A DNA stretch of 62,295 nucleotides, filler included, from a bacterium (GCA_027004335.1; 10 parts of 10 records of this genome joined end to end with filler, not necessarily neighbours in it), one strand, 5' to 3'; positions 1 through 11,747 are shown, numbered from the whole stretch's first letter. Notes: generated by a model not told the origin, from the sequence alone. Numbers and translations are program-made.

Positions 1-473
1 CTTTTCCCCCTATCACCTGTAAACAGGTAAACTGTCTCCACAGGAACAATTTGAAAAACGAGATCTACCGCCGATTCAAGGACCTCTTCCAGTGTATTAG
101 AATGTAAAAGAATCTTCCCCATCTGGTAGAGAGCGTAAAAGCTCAAGTTCTCAGTAGAAAAAGAAGTTTCTTTTTGCTCCTCTTCCTCAATAAGAGTAAA
201 AGTAATTCTATGTTCAGCAACAAAAACTAAATCCCCTTTGTTAACTCTTACCTTCCCTCTGATTTTTTCACCATTTACAAAAGTTCCATTGGTGCTACCA
301 AGATCTTCTACCAAAATCCCTTCATCTGTAATATAGAGTTTCATATGATGCCTGGAAACACCAGGATCTGGAATGGTTATATCATTTTCAGGAGATCTTC
401 CTACTGTATAGGTCCCCTTCTCAAGGATAAATTCTCTAACTTGCTCTCTATGCTCAATTAAGAGCTTATACAT
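1..473 (-). CDS. FHA-domain protein followed by the start of a probable GAF domain (3' end lies outside the window)
   Basis: Not in the ORF track. Manual translation from ATG 473 gives MYKLLIEH...TVGRSPENDITIPDPGVSRHH...EDLGSTNGTFVNG (FHA GR/SRxH/STNG motifs), then LYQMGKILLHSNTLEEVLESAVDLVF, typical of a GAF start. Confidence 0.85.
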   Translation of the reverse strand, partial: MYKLLIEHREQVREFILEKGTYTVGRSPENDITIPDPGVSRHHMKLYITDEGILVEDLGSTNGTFVNGEKIRGKVRVNKGDLVFVAEHRITFTLIEEEEQKETSFSTENLSFYALYQMGKILLHSNTLEEVLESAVDLVFQIVPVETVYLFTGDRGK

Positions 474-475
474 TT

Positions 476-808
476 TTAATGTTCATGCCCATGATTTGAT
501 TCAGGCATCGGCTCCATCAAAGCAGCACCAGTAGCAAAAATAGCAACTGTCAACCCTCCCAGGAAAACAGAATACTGATAAAAATTAAGTGGCACATTAA
601 AAAAATTCAGGACAATTAAATATGACGCAATAACAACATTAACAATTTCAGGCCATCTTTTATCAGATACCATTCCAGCAAGGATCAAAACTGCTATTGC
701 CAAGACCAGAACCGTTATATCTCTCACAGCAAGGTGCAAATGATGTAATCTCACTCCAACTGGAATAAGAAATAAACCTAAAAAGAGATTAACCCAATCC
801 TGCCACAT
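476..808 (-). CDS. SPW-repeat-like small membrane protein with a His-rich C-terminus
   Basis: Likely start is ATG 808 after a GGAGG RBS; the ORF-track extension to 937 crosses a terminator. WQDWVNLFLGLFL and RWPEIVNVVIA are repeated hydrophobic segments. Ends NHGHEH. Confidence 0.6.
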   Translation of the reverse strand: MWQDWVNLFLGLFLIPVGVRLHHLHLAVRDITVLVLAIAVLILAGMVSDKRWPEIVNVVIASYLIVLNFFNVPLNFYQYSVFLGGLTVAIFATGAALMEPMPESNHGHEH

Positions 809-847
809 AATAAATTTCCTCCATCCTTCTTCCCTTAAATTATATAC

Positions 848-876
848 AAAAAAAGCGGGGTGTAAACCCCGCTTTT
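848..876 (-). terminator. Rho-independent terminator
   Basis: AAAAGCGGGG-TGTAAA-CCCCGCTTTT hairpin with a 7-U tract on the minus strand, just downstream of the rhodanese stop. Confidence 0.85.
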
Positions 877-902
877 GCAAAAGAATCTTATAAAGAAAAA
901 AA

Positions 903-1361
903 TCAGCAGCCTTCTTCTTCCTCCTCTTTTTCCTCATTGCCTTTTTTATGCTTTGTCGCCATGAATTTCTTCCACCCTAACCATCCCCCTTCCAGATTGT
1001 AAACATGCCTGTAACCCATTTGTTTCAGTACATAGGTAGAAAATGCACCTCTTCCTCCTGTCTTGCAATAAACAACTATCTTTGCATTTTTATTAGGTAT
1101 CTTTTTGCCAATTTTAAATTCAAGCAATCCTCTATGAATATTTTCCCCGATGTGACCGCCAATTAGCCCCATCACATTGACTTTTTCAAAATCTGCTCTC
1201 TCGTTTGCAGGAGACATTCCAAAGGTGGGAACAGTTTTAACCTTTCCATACTATTTGATACTTCCTGACCCAAGTGAAAAAACTTTTGTGGGTATGAGTA
1301 AAGCTCTATCATCTATCACACTACCTTTTATAAAGTCTCTTCCGGAAATTTTTTTACCCAT
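903..1361 (-). pseudogene. Degenerate rhodanese-domain gene fused to a remnant Tat-signal N-terminus, with an in-frame TAG at 1253-1251
   Basis: The C-terminal part has NIHRGLLEF, the VVYCKTGGRG active loop and YNLEGGW, but lacks the N-terminal DVR motif. AGGAGG plus ATG 1361 is in frame but interrupted by TAG. Confidence 0.6.
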
Positions 1362-1510
1362 CAACCAGCCTCCTGTAATACTGCTTCCCCATTTTAAGAC
1401 AAAAAAGCGGCCATGTGGATTTCTCATATATTTACTGTAATTTCAAGGTGTTAATTAAGTTACAGGATATTGTCAAAATGCGCCTTTTGGGGGATTATGT
1501 CATTTTGACA

Positions 1511-3463
1511 TTAAAAATGGAAAGGAAGAAGAATAAGCCTCATCAATAGAGAGACAATTGTAGCGACAACCGTTGTAAGTATAACCGTAAAAATAGTACC
1601 TTTTTTACCTATTTCTTTCCATAAAGCAGCCAGGGTTGCCACACAGGGTACATAAAACATAACAAATGTAGAAAAAACCAGCATCTGGGAAAAGGACATC
1701 ACACTTTTTATGGCTGCTAATTTTACACCAAGGGCCTGAAAGAGCATAATTAAGGTTAATTCCTTACGAAATATTCCAAAAATCAGAGTCAGACCTACCT
1801 CCTTAGGTAACCCCAGTAACCACGAAGTAAATGGAGAAAGGATAGCATTAATCACAGGAGCAAGTTTATAAAATTCAAGGATACTCAGGATCCCTGAGCT
1901 CAGCATCATGACGGGAATTGCAATATAAATAAATTCCTTAAGTCTGAGCCAGGTTTTGAGCCATACAATCTTTAGAGAAGGAAGATTATATTTAGGAATT
2001 TCAATTATTATTCCCGGTGTAACCTCAGGATAATATAAAAGCATAATTCTACCTATAACCCCGATCACGAATAAATTAAGAATGTAGAGAGTGATTGCTG
2101 CAAGAGGTCCTCCAAAATACCCCACAAGGCCCAGAATAACTGTGGTTCTCGCTGAACAGGGAATCATTGTTGAAAGAGCAGCAGTGATAAATCTCTCCCT
2201 GGTGGATTCAAGAGTCCTTGTAGCAAGTACACCGGGAACATTACATCCATAACCTAAAATAAATGGTACAACAGATTTTCCATGCAAGCCAATTCTGTGC
2301 ATAAAGATATCGGTAAGATACGCCACCCTTGGAAGATAACCTGTATCTTCAAGAAAAGAAAGACCAATAAAAAAAGGTAACAGATATGGGATAGCAATAG
2401 CAATGGCACCACCAATCCCCTGAATAAAACCCACTGCGATCTCCCCACCAAGAGTGTGACCAAAATAATCCCTTACCAGAACTGAAAAAGAATCAAGATA
2501 CTTCATAAAAAAGTCTTCCGCTGGTTCACCACCCTTAAAAACAATATAGAAAAAACCGTAAAAAACTCCTGCCAGGATTATGTAACCCCATACAGGGTGC
2601 ATAACAAGATTGTCAATCTTGTCATCGATAGGGATTTGAACTTTTCTAAAAGTAACCACTTCTTCAAAAATGGATAACGCTATCCCATGTCGGGATTTAT
2701 TCACCACTTCATAGGAATTTTCTCCAAATTCTTCTTCCAGATTTTGTTTTATTTCAATTATCTTATCTCTCGTTGGGTGGAACAGCCTATATAGGATCTT
2801 AGTTATATTTTCATCCTCTTCAAGAATCTTAATGGCAACAAACCTGAGGGGATAAGAAGAAACTGCTTCTTCATCTTTTAATATATTGACAACATTGCTA
2901 ATAGCTCCTTCAAGAGGTTTCTCATAAGTTGGAGGAGCAGGAATACATCTCTCTTTATTTTTAATGCATCCAGGAATAGAGTAAATGATCTCTTTAATAC
3001 CTTTGCCTTTTTTTGCAATTAATGGATAAACAGGTAAACCAAGCTCCTCAGAAAGTTTCTCAACATTAACTTCCTCTCCCCTTCGCTCCGCAACATCAAT
3101 CATATTTAAAGCAACAATTACCGGGATACCCAGTTCCATCAGCTCCAGAGTTAATTCCAGAGAACGCCCCAGAACTGATGCATCTAAGATATTTATTATT
3201 ACATCTACCTTCCCTGAAAGCAGGTATTTTCTTGATTCAAGTTCGGCTAAGTCTCTGGAGGAAAGTGAATAAAGACCAGGAAGGTCAACAAGTCTTGCTG
3301 TTTTACCAAGAATGGTAACTTTGCTTTCCTGATACTTTACTGTTGCCCCGGGAAAATTGGCTGAGATTGCTTTATAACCAGCTATTGCATTAAAAAATGT
3401 ACTCTTACCTGAATTGGGCTGCCCTACAAGCGCAACTGTGCAGCATAACTCACCCTGGGCCAT
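1511..3463 (-). CDS. feoB: Ferrous iron transporter FeoB
   Basis: GQPNSGKS, DLPG and NMID GTPase motifs. GYGCNVP, PCSAR and PCVAT membrane motifs. Confidence 0.97.
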   Translation of the reverse strand: MAQGELCCTVALVGQPNSGKSTFFNAIAGYKAISANFPGATVKYQESKVTILGKTARLVDLPGLYSLSSRDLAELESRKYLLSGKVDVIINILDASVLGRSLELTLELMELGIPVIVALNMIDVAERRGEEVNVEKLSEELGLPVYPLIAKKGKGIKEIIYSIPGCIKNKERCIPAPPTYEKPLEGAISNVVNILKDEEAVSSYPLRFVAIKILEEDENITKILYRLFHPTRDKIIEIKQNLEEEFGENSYEVVNKSRHGIALSIFEEVVTFRKVQIPIDDKIDNLVMHPVWGYIILAGVFYGFFYIVFKGGEPAEDFFMKYLDSFSVLVRDYFGHTLGGEIAVGFIQGIGGAIAIAIPYLLPFFIGLSFLEDTGYLPRVAYLTDIFMHRIGLHGKSVVPFILGYGCNVPGVLATRTLESTRERFITAALSTMIPCSARTTVILGLVGYFGGPLAAITLYILNLFVIGVIGRIMLLYYPEVTPGIIIEIPKYNLPSLKIVWLKTWLRLKEFIYIAIPVMMLSSGILSILEFYKLAPVINAILSPFTSWLLGLPKEVGLTLIFGIFRKELTLIMLFQALGVKLAAIKSVMSFSQMLVFSTFVMFYVPCVATLAALWKEIGKKGTIFTVILTTVVATIVSLLMRLILLPFHF

Positions 3464-3701
3464 TAAACTCCTCCACCACTATCCTAACAGCTACGCCTCT
3501 CCCAATGGCCACATCGCTACCACCAACCCTTACTCTAATGGGACCTCTTAAAAAACTCTGATTGATCACTTCAACAACTGTACCGGGCAGGATACCCATG
3601 TCATAGAGCCTTTCATACACACTTCTGCCACCATTAATTCCAACTACCCGGTATCTCCTACCAGCTTTTGCATCTGCCAGTGTTTCCACCACAAGCACCA
3701 T
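3450..3701 (-). CDS. feoA: Ferrous iron transport protein FeoA
   Basis: RLYDMGILPG and AIGRGVA motifs. Directly upstream of feoB. Confidence 0.93.
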   Translation of the reverse strand: MVLVVETLADAKAGRRYRVVGINGGRSVYERLYDMGILPGTVVEVINQSFLRGPIRVRVGGSDVAIGRGVAVRIVVEEFNGPG

Positions 3702-3707
3702 CCTGTA

Positions 3708-3721
3708 TTAGTTTAGCCTAA
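3708..3721. promoter_or_regulatory. Candidate DtxR/MntR-family operator
   Basis: TTAGTTTAGCCTAA (minus strand TTAGGCTAAACTAA) is one mismatch from TTAGG-N4-CCTAA and lies immediately upstream of feoAB. Confidence 0.5.
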
Positions 3722-3756
3722 CTTTTTTAGTTAGTAAAACATCTCAATCGCTTCTG

Positions 3757-5520
3757 TCAAGATTTTTTCTTAACAACTATCCCCAGTTCTAACAGCTGTT
3801 CGTAAGACACAGGGGATGGCGCTCCTGACATAAGATCCTGCCCTCGCTGAGTCTTAGGGAAGGCAATAACTTCTCTAATGGAGGATTCTTTTAAAATTAA
3901 CATCACAAGCCTATCCAGGCCAAAAGCTATCCCCCCATGTGGAGGCGCCCCATATTCCAGAGCATCTAACAGGAATCCAAACTTTAATCTCGCCTCTTCC
4001 TCAGAGATTCCAATGGCTTTAAATACCTTTTCCTGAATATCTTTTCTGTGAATCCTGATACTCCCACCTCCTATTTCTATCCCGTTTAATACAATATCAT
4101 ACGCCTTTGCCCGCACCTTTTGAGGTTCTTTTTCAAGAAGGTCAATATCCTCATCAAATGGCATTGTAAATGGATGATGAACAGATACCCAGCGTTTTTC
4201 CTCCCCACTCCACTCAAATAGTGGAAAATCCACCACCCATGTAAAGGCAAGTTTATTTTCATCTATCAAATTCTCTCTTCCTGCAATTTCTTTTCTTAAC
4301 CTACCAAGAACATCATAAGTCACATCAGGAGCATCAGCAATAAAGATCATCAAATCACCAATACCAGCATCCATTCTTTTCTGTATCTCTACCTTTTCCT
4401 CCTCTGCAAAGAATTTTGCAATGGGAGACTGCCATCCTTCATTCTGGATCTTTACCCATGCAAGTCCCTTTGCTCCAAAATCAAATGCAAAATCTGTTAA
4501 ATCATCGAGCTCTTTCCTGCTGTACTTCACTCCCCCGGGAACTGTGATACCCTTAACAATACCGCCTTTACCAACCACATCAGCAAAAACTTTAAATTTA
4601 CTTTTACCTGCAATTTCCGTTACATCTTTGAGAGTAAGGTCATACCTTAAATCAGGTGCATCTGACCCATATTTATCCATGGCTTCCTGATAAGAGATAA
4701 CTGGAAAAGGTGTTGTTAATTCAACACCAGCAACATCCTTAAAAATTCTATAGATAAGCCCCTCCATCACTTCAATTACATCTTCCCTTTCCACAAAACT
4801 CATTTCAACATCGATCTGGGTAAACTCAGGCTGTCTATCTGCTCTTAGATCCTCATCCCTGAAGCATTTTACTATTTGGAAATAACGATCAAACCCTGAA
4901 ACCATAAGGATCTGCTTGAAAAGCTGAGGAGATTGAGGAAGAGCATAAAAAGTTCCTAAATTCAGTCTTGAAGGAACAAGAAAATCCCTCGCACCCTCCG
5001 GAGTACTTTTAGTTAAAAAAGGTGTTTCAACTTCAATAAATCCATTTTCATCAAAATATTTTCTGGTAACCTGATAAAGTTTATGCCTCACAAATAAGTT
5101 ATTAAACATTCCATGTCTTCTCAGATCGATATATCTGTACTGGAGACGAAGAGATTCCTTAATATCTATATCATCCTCTATTTCAAATGGGGGATGTTTC
5201 GCCGTATTTAATATTTTAAGATCCGTAGCATATATCTCCCAATCCCCGGTAGCAAGGTTAGGGTTCTCGGTACCAGCTGGTCTTCTTGAAACAGGACCAG
5301 TCACTTCTATTACATACTCACTCCTGAGTTTTTTTGCCTCTTCGTGAAGTTTCTTATTCACATCAGGGCTGAAAACCACCTGAAATTTGCCTGTCCTATC
5401 CCGGAGATCTACAAAGATAACCCCACCGTGATCCCTTGCTGTGTGAACCCAACCCTGTAAAGTCAGGATTTTTCCTTCATCTTCTCTGTTCACTTCACCA
5501 CAATATTTACTTCTCCGCAT
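3757..5520 (-). CDS. aspS: Aspartate--tRNA ligase, probably non-discriminating
   Basis: [31 protein letters not shown] and GLDR motifs. His in RDHGG and Gly in RPAGT match non-discriminating enzymes. Confidence 0.98.
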   Translation of the reverse strand: MRRSKYCGEVNREDEGKILTLQGWVHTARDHGGVIFVDLRDRTGKFQVVFSPDVNKKLHEEAKKLRSEYVIEVTGPVSRRPAGTENPNLATGDWEIYATDLKILNTAKHPPFEIEDDIDIKESLRLQYRYIDLRRHGMFNNLFVRHKLYQVTRKYFDENGFIEVETPFLTKSTPEGARDFLVPSRLNLGTFYALPQSPQLFKQILMVSGFDRYFQIVKCFRDEDLRADRQPEFTQIDVEMSFVEREDVIEVMEGLIYRIFKDVAGVELTTPFPVISYQEAMDKYGSDAPDLRYDLTLKDVTEIAGKSKFKVFADVVGKGGIVKGITVPGGVKYSRKELDDLTDFAFDFGAKGLAWVKIQNEGWQSPIAKFFAEEEKVEIQKRMDAGIGDLMIFIADAPDVTYDVLGRLRKEIAGRENLIDENKLAFTWVVDFPLFEWSGEEKRWVSVHHPFTMPFDEDIDLLEKEPQKVRAKAYDIVLNGIEIGGGSIRIHRKDIQEKVFKAIGISEEEARLKFGFLLDALEYGAPPHGGIAFGLDRLVMLILKESSIREVIAFPKTQRGQDLMSGAPSPVSYEQLLELGIVVKKKS

Positions 5521-5666
5521 TCTTCACCTCTTTTTATTTTTCAATTGCTTAAATTATATTAGGAGAAAGAAAATTTTCCAGAGAGAAAATCTATCTCGTT
5601 GACTTTAACAATTTTCTGCTTACATTTTTAATAGTAAACAAATAAAGTGTTAAGGAGGTGAAAAAT

Positions 5667-8264
5667 ATGTGGCCAGATAAATATACAATAAAAGCAAGAG
5701 AGGCCGTTCAGGATGCATACAAAGAAGTTAGCAGGAGAAAACATCAGCAGATCGAACCTGAGCATTTACTCTATGCACTTCTTGAGCAGGAAGGGGGGAT
5801 CACTGTACCTATTTTCCAGAAAATGGGAGTAGATCCTGCGATGGTTAAAGCACGGCTGGAAGAAGCACTGGAAACTATCCCAAAGGTGGAAGCTTCCCAG
5901 CCCATGGACAGAATGTATGTCTCATTAAAAGTTCAGGAAATCATGAATAAGGCTGAAGAGGAGGCAAAGAATCTCAAAGATGAATATGTAAGCACCGAAC
6001 ATCTTCTACTTGCCATGGTAGAAGTTTCCGATACAAAGGTGCATGATATTTTAAAATCTATGGGAGTTACCAGAGATCTTATAATGCAATCCCTCATGGA
6101 TGTTAGAGGTCACCAGAGAGTCACTGATGAAAACCCGGAGGAGAAATATCAGGCACTGGAGAAATACGGAAGGAACCTCACTGAACTGGCAAGGAGAGGA
6201 AAACTGGATCCTGTTATAGGCAGAGATGAAGAAATCAGAAGATCTATCCAGGTTCTTTTAAGGAGAACAAAAAATAATCCAGTACTTATTGGTGAACCCG
6301 GTGTGGGAAAAACAGCCATAGTTGAAGGTATTGCTCAGAGGATCGTAAATGGAGATGTTCCTGAAGGTTTAAAAAACAAGAGGATAATTGCCCTTGATAT
6401 GGGTGCACTGCTGGCAGGAGCAAAATATCGTGGAGAATTTGAAGATAGATTAAAAGCAGTTATAAAAGAAGTTGTGGAATCAGAAGGGGAAGTCATTCTC
6501 TTCATAGATGAGATCCATACTATTGTAGGGGCAGGTGCCGCCGAAGGAGCAGTGGATGCTTCAAATATGCTAAAACCAGCTCTGGCAAGAGGAGAATTAA
6601 GATGTATCGGAGCCACAACACTGGATGAATACAGGAAATACATTGAAAAGGATAAAGCCCTTGAAAGAAGATTTCAACATGTTCTCATCAGGGAACCAAC
6701 TGTTGAAGAGACTATCGCTATTTTAAGAGGGTTAAAAGAAAAATATGAGGTGCATCACGGCGTGAGGATCACTGATGGTGCAATAGTTGCTGCTGCAAGG
6801 TTGTCTCACAGATACATAACTGATAGATTTCTCCCTGACAAGGCAATTGACTTAATTGATGAAGCTGCCAGTAGACTGAAAATGCAGATTCAGTCTGTGC
6901 CTGAACCCATTGATAAATTGCAGAGAAAAATTATCCAGTTAGAGATAGAAAAGCAGGCTCTACAGAAGGAAACAGATGAAGCAAGTGAGGTAAGACTGGC
7001 AAGTGTAGAAAAAGAAATAGCAAACCTGAATGAACAGCTTCAGCAGCTAATGAGCAGATGGGAAGCAGAGAAGCAGATAATCCAGAAGATTCAGGATATC
7101 AAAGCTAAAAACGACGAAATCAAAATCCAGATTCAGCAGGCTGAGAGGGTTGGGGATTATGACAGAGTGGCAAGATTGCAGTACGGTGATCTGGTTGAAC
7201 TTCAGAAACAGTTAGAAGAGTCTCAGAAAGAACTGGAAAAATTTGGTGGTGAGAGATTGCTAATAGAGGAAGTAACTGAGGAAGATATCGCTAAAATTGT
7301 TTCTGAATGGACAGGAATACCTGTATCACGAATGTTAGAGAGTGAGAAGGTTAAGTTGTTAAAGATGGAGGAGAGACTACGCCAGAGGGTTGTGGGACAG
7401 GATGAAGCACTGAGCGCTGTTGCCAATGCTATAAGAAGGGCAAGAGCTGGTTTGCAGGACCCTAACAGACCTCTGGGAAGCTTTATCTTCCTCGGTCCTA
7501 CAGGAGTTGGTAAAACAGAAACAGCCAGAGCACTTGCTGAGTTTCTCTTTGACGACGAAAATGCAATGATCAGGATTGATATGTCAGAATATATGGAAAA
7601 ACACTCAGTTGCCAGGTTGATTGGAGCTCCACCTGGATATGTAGGTTATGAAGAAGGTGGGTATCTTACAGAGCAGGTGAGAAGAAGACCCTATTCTGTA
7701 ATTCTTTTTGATGAGATAGAAAAAGCTCATCCTGATGTGTTTAATGTTATGCTTCAATTACTGGATGATGGGAGATTAACAGATAGTCATGGAAGAACTG
7801 TGGACTTCAAGAACACAGTTATCGTTATGACCTCCAATATTGGAAGTCACTATCTCTCTGATGCTGCAAGGGTTGGTGACAGAGAAGAGGTAAGAAGAAG
7901 AGTGATGGATGCTCTTAGGGGTAACTTCCGCCCTGAGTTCCTCAACAGAATAGATGAAATAGTTATCTTTAATCCTCTCACCAGAGAGGATATAAAAGGA
8001 ATCATAGATATCCAGTTAAGAAACCTCAAGAAGAGACTTGCTGATAGGAAAATGGATATTGATCTTACAGATGCAGCAAAAGATTTTATTGTTGAAGTAG
8101 GTTACGATCCCGTTTATGGTGCAAGACCTCTTAAAAGAGCCATCCAGAAATATATTCTTGATCCACTGGCAGTAGAAATGTTAGAGGGTAAATTCATGGA
8201 TGGTGATACCATCATAGTTGACTTTGACCAGAATCAGAAGAAAATAATATTTAAGAAAAAATAA
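5667..8264 (+). CDS. clpB: Disaggregase ClpB
   Basis: Two AAA+ modules ([16 protein letters not shown]) and a long coiled-coil middle domain. AGGAGG RBS precedes ATG 5667. Confidence 0.97.
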   Translation: MWPDKYTIKAREAVQDAYKEVSRRKHQQIEPEHLLYALLEQEGGITVPIFQKMGVDPAMVKARLEEALETIPKVEASQPMDRMYVSLKVQEIMNKAEEEAKNLKDEYVSTEHLLLAMVEVSDTKVHDILKSMGVTRDLIMQSLMDVRGHQRVTDENPEEKYQALEKYGRNLTELARRGKLDPVIGRDEEIRRSIQVLLRRTKNNPVLIGEPGVGKTAIVEGIAQRIVNGDVPEGLKNKRIIALDMGALLAGAKYRGEFEDRLKAVIKEVVESEGEVILFIDEIHTIVGAGAAEGAVDASNMLKPALARGELRCIGATTLDEYRKYIEKDKALERRFQHVLIREPTVEETIAILRGLKEKYEVHHGVRITDGAIVAAARLSHRYITDRFLPDKAIDLIDEAASRLKMQIQSVPEPIDKLQRKIIQLEIEKQALQKETDEASEVRLASVEKEIANLNEQLQQLMSRWEAEKQIIQKIQDIKAKNDEIKIQIQQAERVGDYDRVARLQYGDLVELQKQLEESQKELEKFGGERLLIEEVTEEDIAKIVSEWTGIPVSRMLESEKVKLLKMEERLRQRVVGQDEALSAVANAIRRARAGLQDPNRPLGSFIFLGPTGVGKTETARALAEFLFDDENAMIRIDMSEYMEKHSVARLIGAPPGYVGYEEGGYLTEQVRRRPYSVILFDEIEKAHPDVFNVMLQLLDDGRLTDSHGRTVDFKNTVIVMTSNIGSHYLSDAARVGDREEVRRRVMDALRGNFRPEFLNRIDEIVIFNPLTREDIKGIIDIQLRNLKKRLADRKMDIDLTDAAKDFIVEVGYDPVYGARPLKRAIQKYILDPLAVEMLEGKFMDGDTIIVDFDQNQKKIIFKKK

Positions 8265-8921
8265 TCACCTGCTTCTCTCTACCCCTACCCTCTCACAGTA
8301 GGGGTAGAGAGGGCATTTTGAACAAAAGGGGGAGACGGGAGTACATATATTCTGCCCAAAAGTAACAAGAAGAGTATTAATATCCTTCCAGTACTGGCAG
8401 GGAAGTTTTTTTCTCAGTTCCATTTCTGTTTCTTTCGGAGTTTTTGTCTTTACATAACCCCATCGGTTGGTGATCCTGTGCACATGGGTATCAACACAAA
8501 TTCCAGGCTTATCATAACCAAGGGTTACAACCAGATTGGCCGTCTTCCTGCCTACGCCAGGTAACTTCAGTAACTTGGAAATATCATTAGGCACTTTTCC
8601 ACCATACTTTTCAATAAGGATCTCAGAGATCTTTTTCAAAGTCTTTGCCTTATTGTTATAAAAACCCACAGGATAAATTAGTCTGGCTATTTCTCTCTCA
8701 GATAATGCTACAAGTTTTTCCGGGGTGTCAGCTTTTTCTAACAACCTCTTTGAAGCATAAGCAGTGACCTCATCTTTTGTTCTGAGACTTAAAATTGTGG
8801 TAATAAGAACTTCAAAGGGTGTTCTTTTTCGCTGAGAATAAAGGGTCACTATGGGAGTGGTAAAATCCCGTACAGCTTCCCTCAATTTTTTAATTACTTC
8901 ATCTATCTGGGAATCCTTCAT
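8265..8921 (-). CDS. nth: Endonuclease III
   Basis: HhH motif [17 protein letters not shown], and the [17 protein letters not shown] 4Fe-4S motif. Confidence 0.95.
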   Translation of the reverse strand: MKDSQIDEVIKKLREAVRDFTTPIVTLYSQRKRTPFEVLITTILSLRTKDEVTAYASKRLLEKADTPEKLVALSEREIARLIYPVGFYNNKAKTLKKISEILIEKYGGKVPNDISKLLKLPGVGRKTANLVVTLGYDKPGICVDTHVHRITNRWGYVKTKTPKETEMELRKKLPCQYWKDINTLLVTFGQNICTPVSPFCSKCPLYPYCERVGVERSR

Positions 8922-8925
8922 GATC

Positions 8926-9795
8926 TCAGAAATAGAAAGCAAGTCTGCCGCTTAATCTTTTAGTATAAATCCCACCAACACCTTTAATAAATCCAGCAGA
9001 GGGAAGTAAAGGCCCAATCTTTGTTTCCAGATCAGGTGGAAGTTTAAGTTTTACCTGCAAATTTAATATGGAACTTAAAAGCGGCGTCACCAATCTCACG
9101 CTCCCATTAAGTTTTACAAAGAATTTCTCCCCTCCTAATTTAAAACTCTCAATTCTTAACTTTCCATTTTCAAGTTTTCCTATAGCCGAAAGTTTCTGAA
9201 AATTTAATTTTTTTTCACCAATTAGCTGAAGATATGGAAGCTTACTCACCAATAAGTCTCTCCCTTTTAAGACTATTAATCCATTGCTTTTCTCCCACTT
9301 CCCGGGAAAATCAAGCCGCATTTTCCCCTTCAAAATACCAGAAATAGTTCCTTTAAGGACACCACTTAAAAAAGAAAATCTTGAAAGATCAATTTCACTG
9401 AAATTTAATTTTACCCTGGAGAGTTTATTTTTCAAAATAAACTCTCCTGTAATTTTTCCAGCATCAGACAGAAGAAAAAATCTACCAGATGGTTTATGAA
9501 GGAAAAGAGAAAACAGAGGTAATTTAAGATTAATCTCTTTTAGAGAAATAGAACCTGAAGGGAGATTTACAACAGGTTTATCAAGAGTAATACCCGACAT
9601 CCATGAAAATTTTACATTTTCAGCATTGATGGTAACATCACTGGATTGGTTGAATTTGAAAAGAAGAGAGCTAATCAATCTATCACCCGGAAAGGTAAAA
9701 AAAAGAAAAATGAAGAGGAAGACCAGAAAAAAAAGTGTTAGCCATAACCACTGTTTTTTCTGAAATCCTGACACTATACCTTCCAGGTTCATCAT
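8926..9795 (-). CDS. gspN: Type II secretion protein GspN-like
   Basis: N-terminal TM ending FTFP, beta-rich periplasmic body, and position after gspL-gspM. Confidence 0.7.
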   Translation of the reverse strand: MMNLEGIVSGFQKKQWLWLTLFFLVFLFIFLFFTFPGDRLISSLLFKFNQSSDVTINAENVKFSWMSGITLDKPVVNLPSGSISLKEINLKLPLFSLFLHKPSGRFFLLSDAGKITGEFILKNKLSRVKLNFSEIDLSRFSFLSGVLKGTISGILKGKMRLDFPGKWEKSNGLIVLKGRDLLVSKLPYLQLIGEKKLNFQKLSAIGKLENGKLRIESFKLGGEKFFVKLNGSVRLVTPLLSSILNLQVKLKLPPDLETKIGPLLPSAGFIKGVGGIYTKRLSGRLAFYF

Positions 9796-10286
9796 ATCAC
9801 CTCAATCTGCAAAATCATCTGTAGATGATCAGGTTTTGAAACCTCTTTTTTCAGTTGAAACCTCTTTATCTTTACCTTCATAGTGGAAGCTTTTTCAAGG
9901 GAATATAAAAAATCTACAGCCTCACTGAGAGTCAGATTCTCAAGACGAATCTCAAACAACCTCCCCTTTTCTGTTCTAAGGGGTTTTATTGATGTAACAT
10001 TTTTCTCAAGCCCGAGCTTTCTCGCCTTACCGCTCAGATAGGAAAGAATTGAACCTCTCGTTTTAGGCCTGTGGGTTTTCCCAATAAGCGCCTTGTATTT
10101 TTTGTACTCAATTGATAGCTTTTTTAATTGAACCAGTTCTTTCTCTTTATATGNNNNNNNNNNAAGATAATACCTCTTCTTAGCATTAAAGGAAAGAATA
10201 AGAATCAAAAAAAGAAGAGTTACAAAAGCAATAGCTCCCCCTGCGATTAAAACATGTTGCCTTCTCACATCAATTTCCATTCTCAC
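9792..10286 (-). CDS. gspM: Type II secretion protein GspM-like (spans a 10-N gap)
   Basis: TM plus coiled coil, and EIRLENLTLSEAVDFLYSLE motif. Confidence 0.7.
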   Translation of the reverse strand: MRMEIDVRRQHVLIAGGAIAFVTLLFLILILSFNAKKRYYLXXXXYKEKELVQLKKLSIEYKKYKALIGKTHRPKTRGSILSYLSGKARKLGLEKNVTSIKPLRTEKGRLFEIRLENLTLSEAVDFLYSLEKASTMKVKIKRFQLKKEVSKPDHLQMILQIEVI

Positions 10287-11647
10287 TCCTCACGGTTGCA
10301 ATAAGTGTAAAAGTGACTTTCCCAGTAGTCTGCATTTTTTTAGAATCCACGATATTAACATTTTTTATAAGCTTAACTGCGGAAAAGGCACTCCTCACCT
10401 TATCAAGAGTAGAAAAATCGTCTGTCTGTCCCTTTATTCTTAATCTTTCATTGTCAATTGAAATAGTGGTAATAGTGACAGACACATCAGAGGGAATCTT
10501 CTGAGAGATCTGCCTGAGCAGATCAATGTCACTCACGCCCTGAGTTCTGGAGGTAGTGGGAAGCTGTTTTTTAAGTTCCTGCAGCTTATCTGAAAGGGTC
10601 TCAACATAGCCATAAACTACAGGGACATTGGGAATAGTATCATTGATAATCTTTAGCTCAATTTCTTTTAATTCAATGTACTTACTTTTTACACTACCTG
10701 AGGAAACAATGGAATTCACCATTATCACCAGTAAAAGAAGAAAATAGATAATAGAGGAAGTTAAAACAAGAGGCTTTAACTCCTGCCATTCCTTTTCACC
10801 TTCCTCGGCAGGAAGAGAAAAATCAATCTCACTTCTTTCAGGAGATCTTATGCCATTCAACGCAAAGGCAAAGGGCAAATGAAACTCCTGCTGAAAAGAA
10901 GATGGAGGAAAAGGTGGAAAAAAAGAAAGCTCAAGCAATTCACATTTTATCCCTAAAAATTGAGATAAAATGTTTGGGAGATCAGGAGTAACAGAACCTT
11001 TCCCGGTAACATAGAGCTTTGATATATCTTCTCCCATGCTATTTTTAAAAGCGTAAATACTTTGGGTGATCTCCCCTGAAAGTAGTCTGAGGTAATCCTC
11101 CAGCAGAGAGGACGATTTTAAAATTTTCCTGATCTTTTCAGCTTCTTCCTTTTTCTTCCCCTCTTTGTCCATAATAAGCTGGACTAATCTGTCATAACCT
11201 ACTGATAAGTATCTGGGGAAAAATTTTTTACCACCACCCCAGAGAAGAAGACTGGAGTGATCTCTCCCTATATAAATAATTCCAGCCCCCTTCTCCTCTT
11301 CAACAAATTGGAAAAGCGGAGATAGATAGAGGGGCTCAACACCAATTTTCCAGGGAATTATATCTTTCCCCTTAACTCCACTTACAAAATTTTCAAATTC
11401 TTTCTTTTTAACAATTGCAACTAGCAGAGTTACACCTTTTTTATCTTTTTCCCAGATCTGATAATCAAAGATCACTTCATCTAAAGGAAACGGAATAGTA
11501 TCTTCTAACTCTCCAGGCAATATCTGAAGTATCTTTTTTTTCTGGGTAAAAGGAAGGGAAATTACACGAAAGGTGCTTCCCCTTCCAGAAAGAGAGGTAA
11601 TAATCTTTTCCCCTTTATATCTGGAAGGACCAAATTTCTCAGACTGG
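10270..11647 (-). CDS. gspL: Type II secretion protein GspL / PilM-PilN-like fusion (5' truncated by contig end)
   Basis: Frame is open to the contig end. RVISLPF...LPGELEDTIPFPLDEVIFDY, actin-like YVTGKGS motif, TM, and a PilN-like C-terminus. Confidence 0.8.
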
Positions 11648-11747
11648 NNNNNNNNNNNNNNNNNNNNNNNNNNNNNNNNNNNNNNNNNNNNTTAATTAAT
11701 TAANNNNNNNNNNNNNNNNNNNNNNNNNNNNNNNNNNNNNNNNNNNN
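11648..11747. other. Artificial contig spacer. Identical spacers lie at 15727-15826, 19752-19851, 23744-23843, 27719-27818, 39148-39247, 50562-50661, 54494-54593 and 58407-58506
   Basis: N44-TTAATTAATTAA-N44 with stops in all six frames. Genes are cut at each spacer. Confidence 0.99.

Noticed and set aside
809-937. Arg/Lys-rich N-terminal extension of the 476-937 ORF
   Set aside because: It overlaps the rhodanese 3' end and crosses a terminator. ATG 808 has a proper RBS.
1251-1253. Pyrrolysine or stop-codon reassignment at the in-frame TAG
   Set aside because: The surrounding sequence is also degenerate (broken Tat motif, missing rhodanese N-terminus), and TAG ends intact genes elsewhere in the window, for example at 15548 and 28640.
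5521-5666. Heat-shock operator upstream of clpB
   Set aside because: No CIRCE or HAIR consensus was found by eye.
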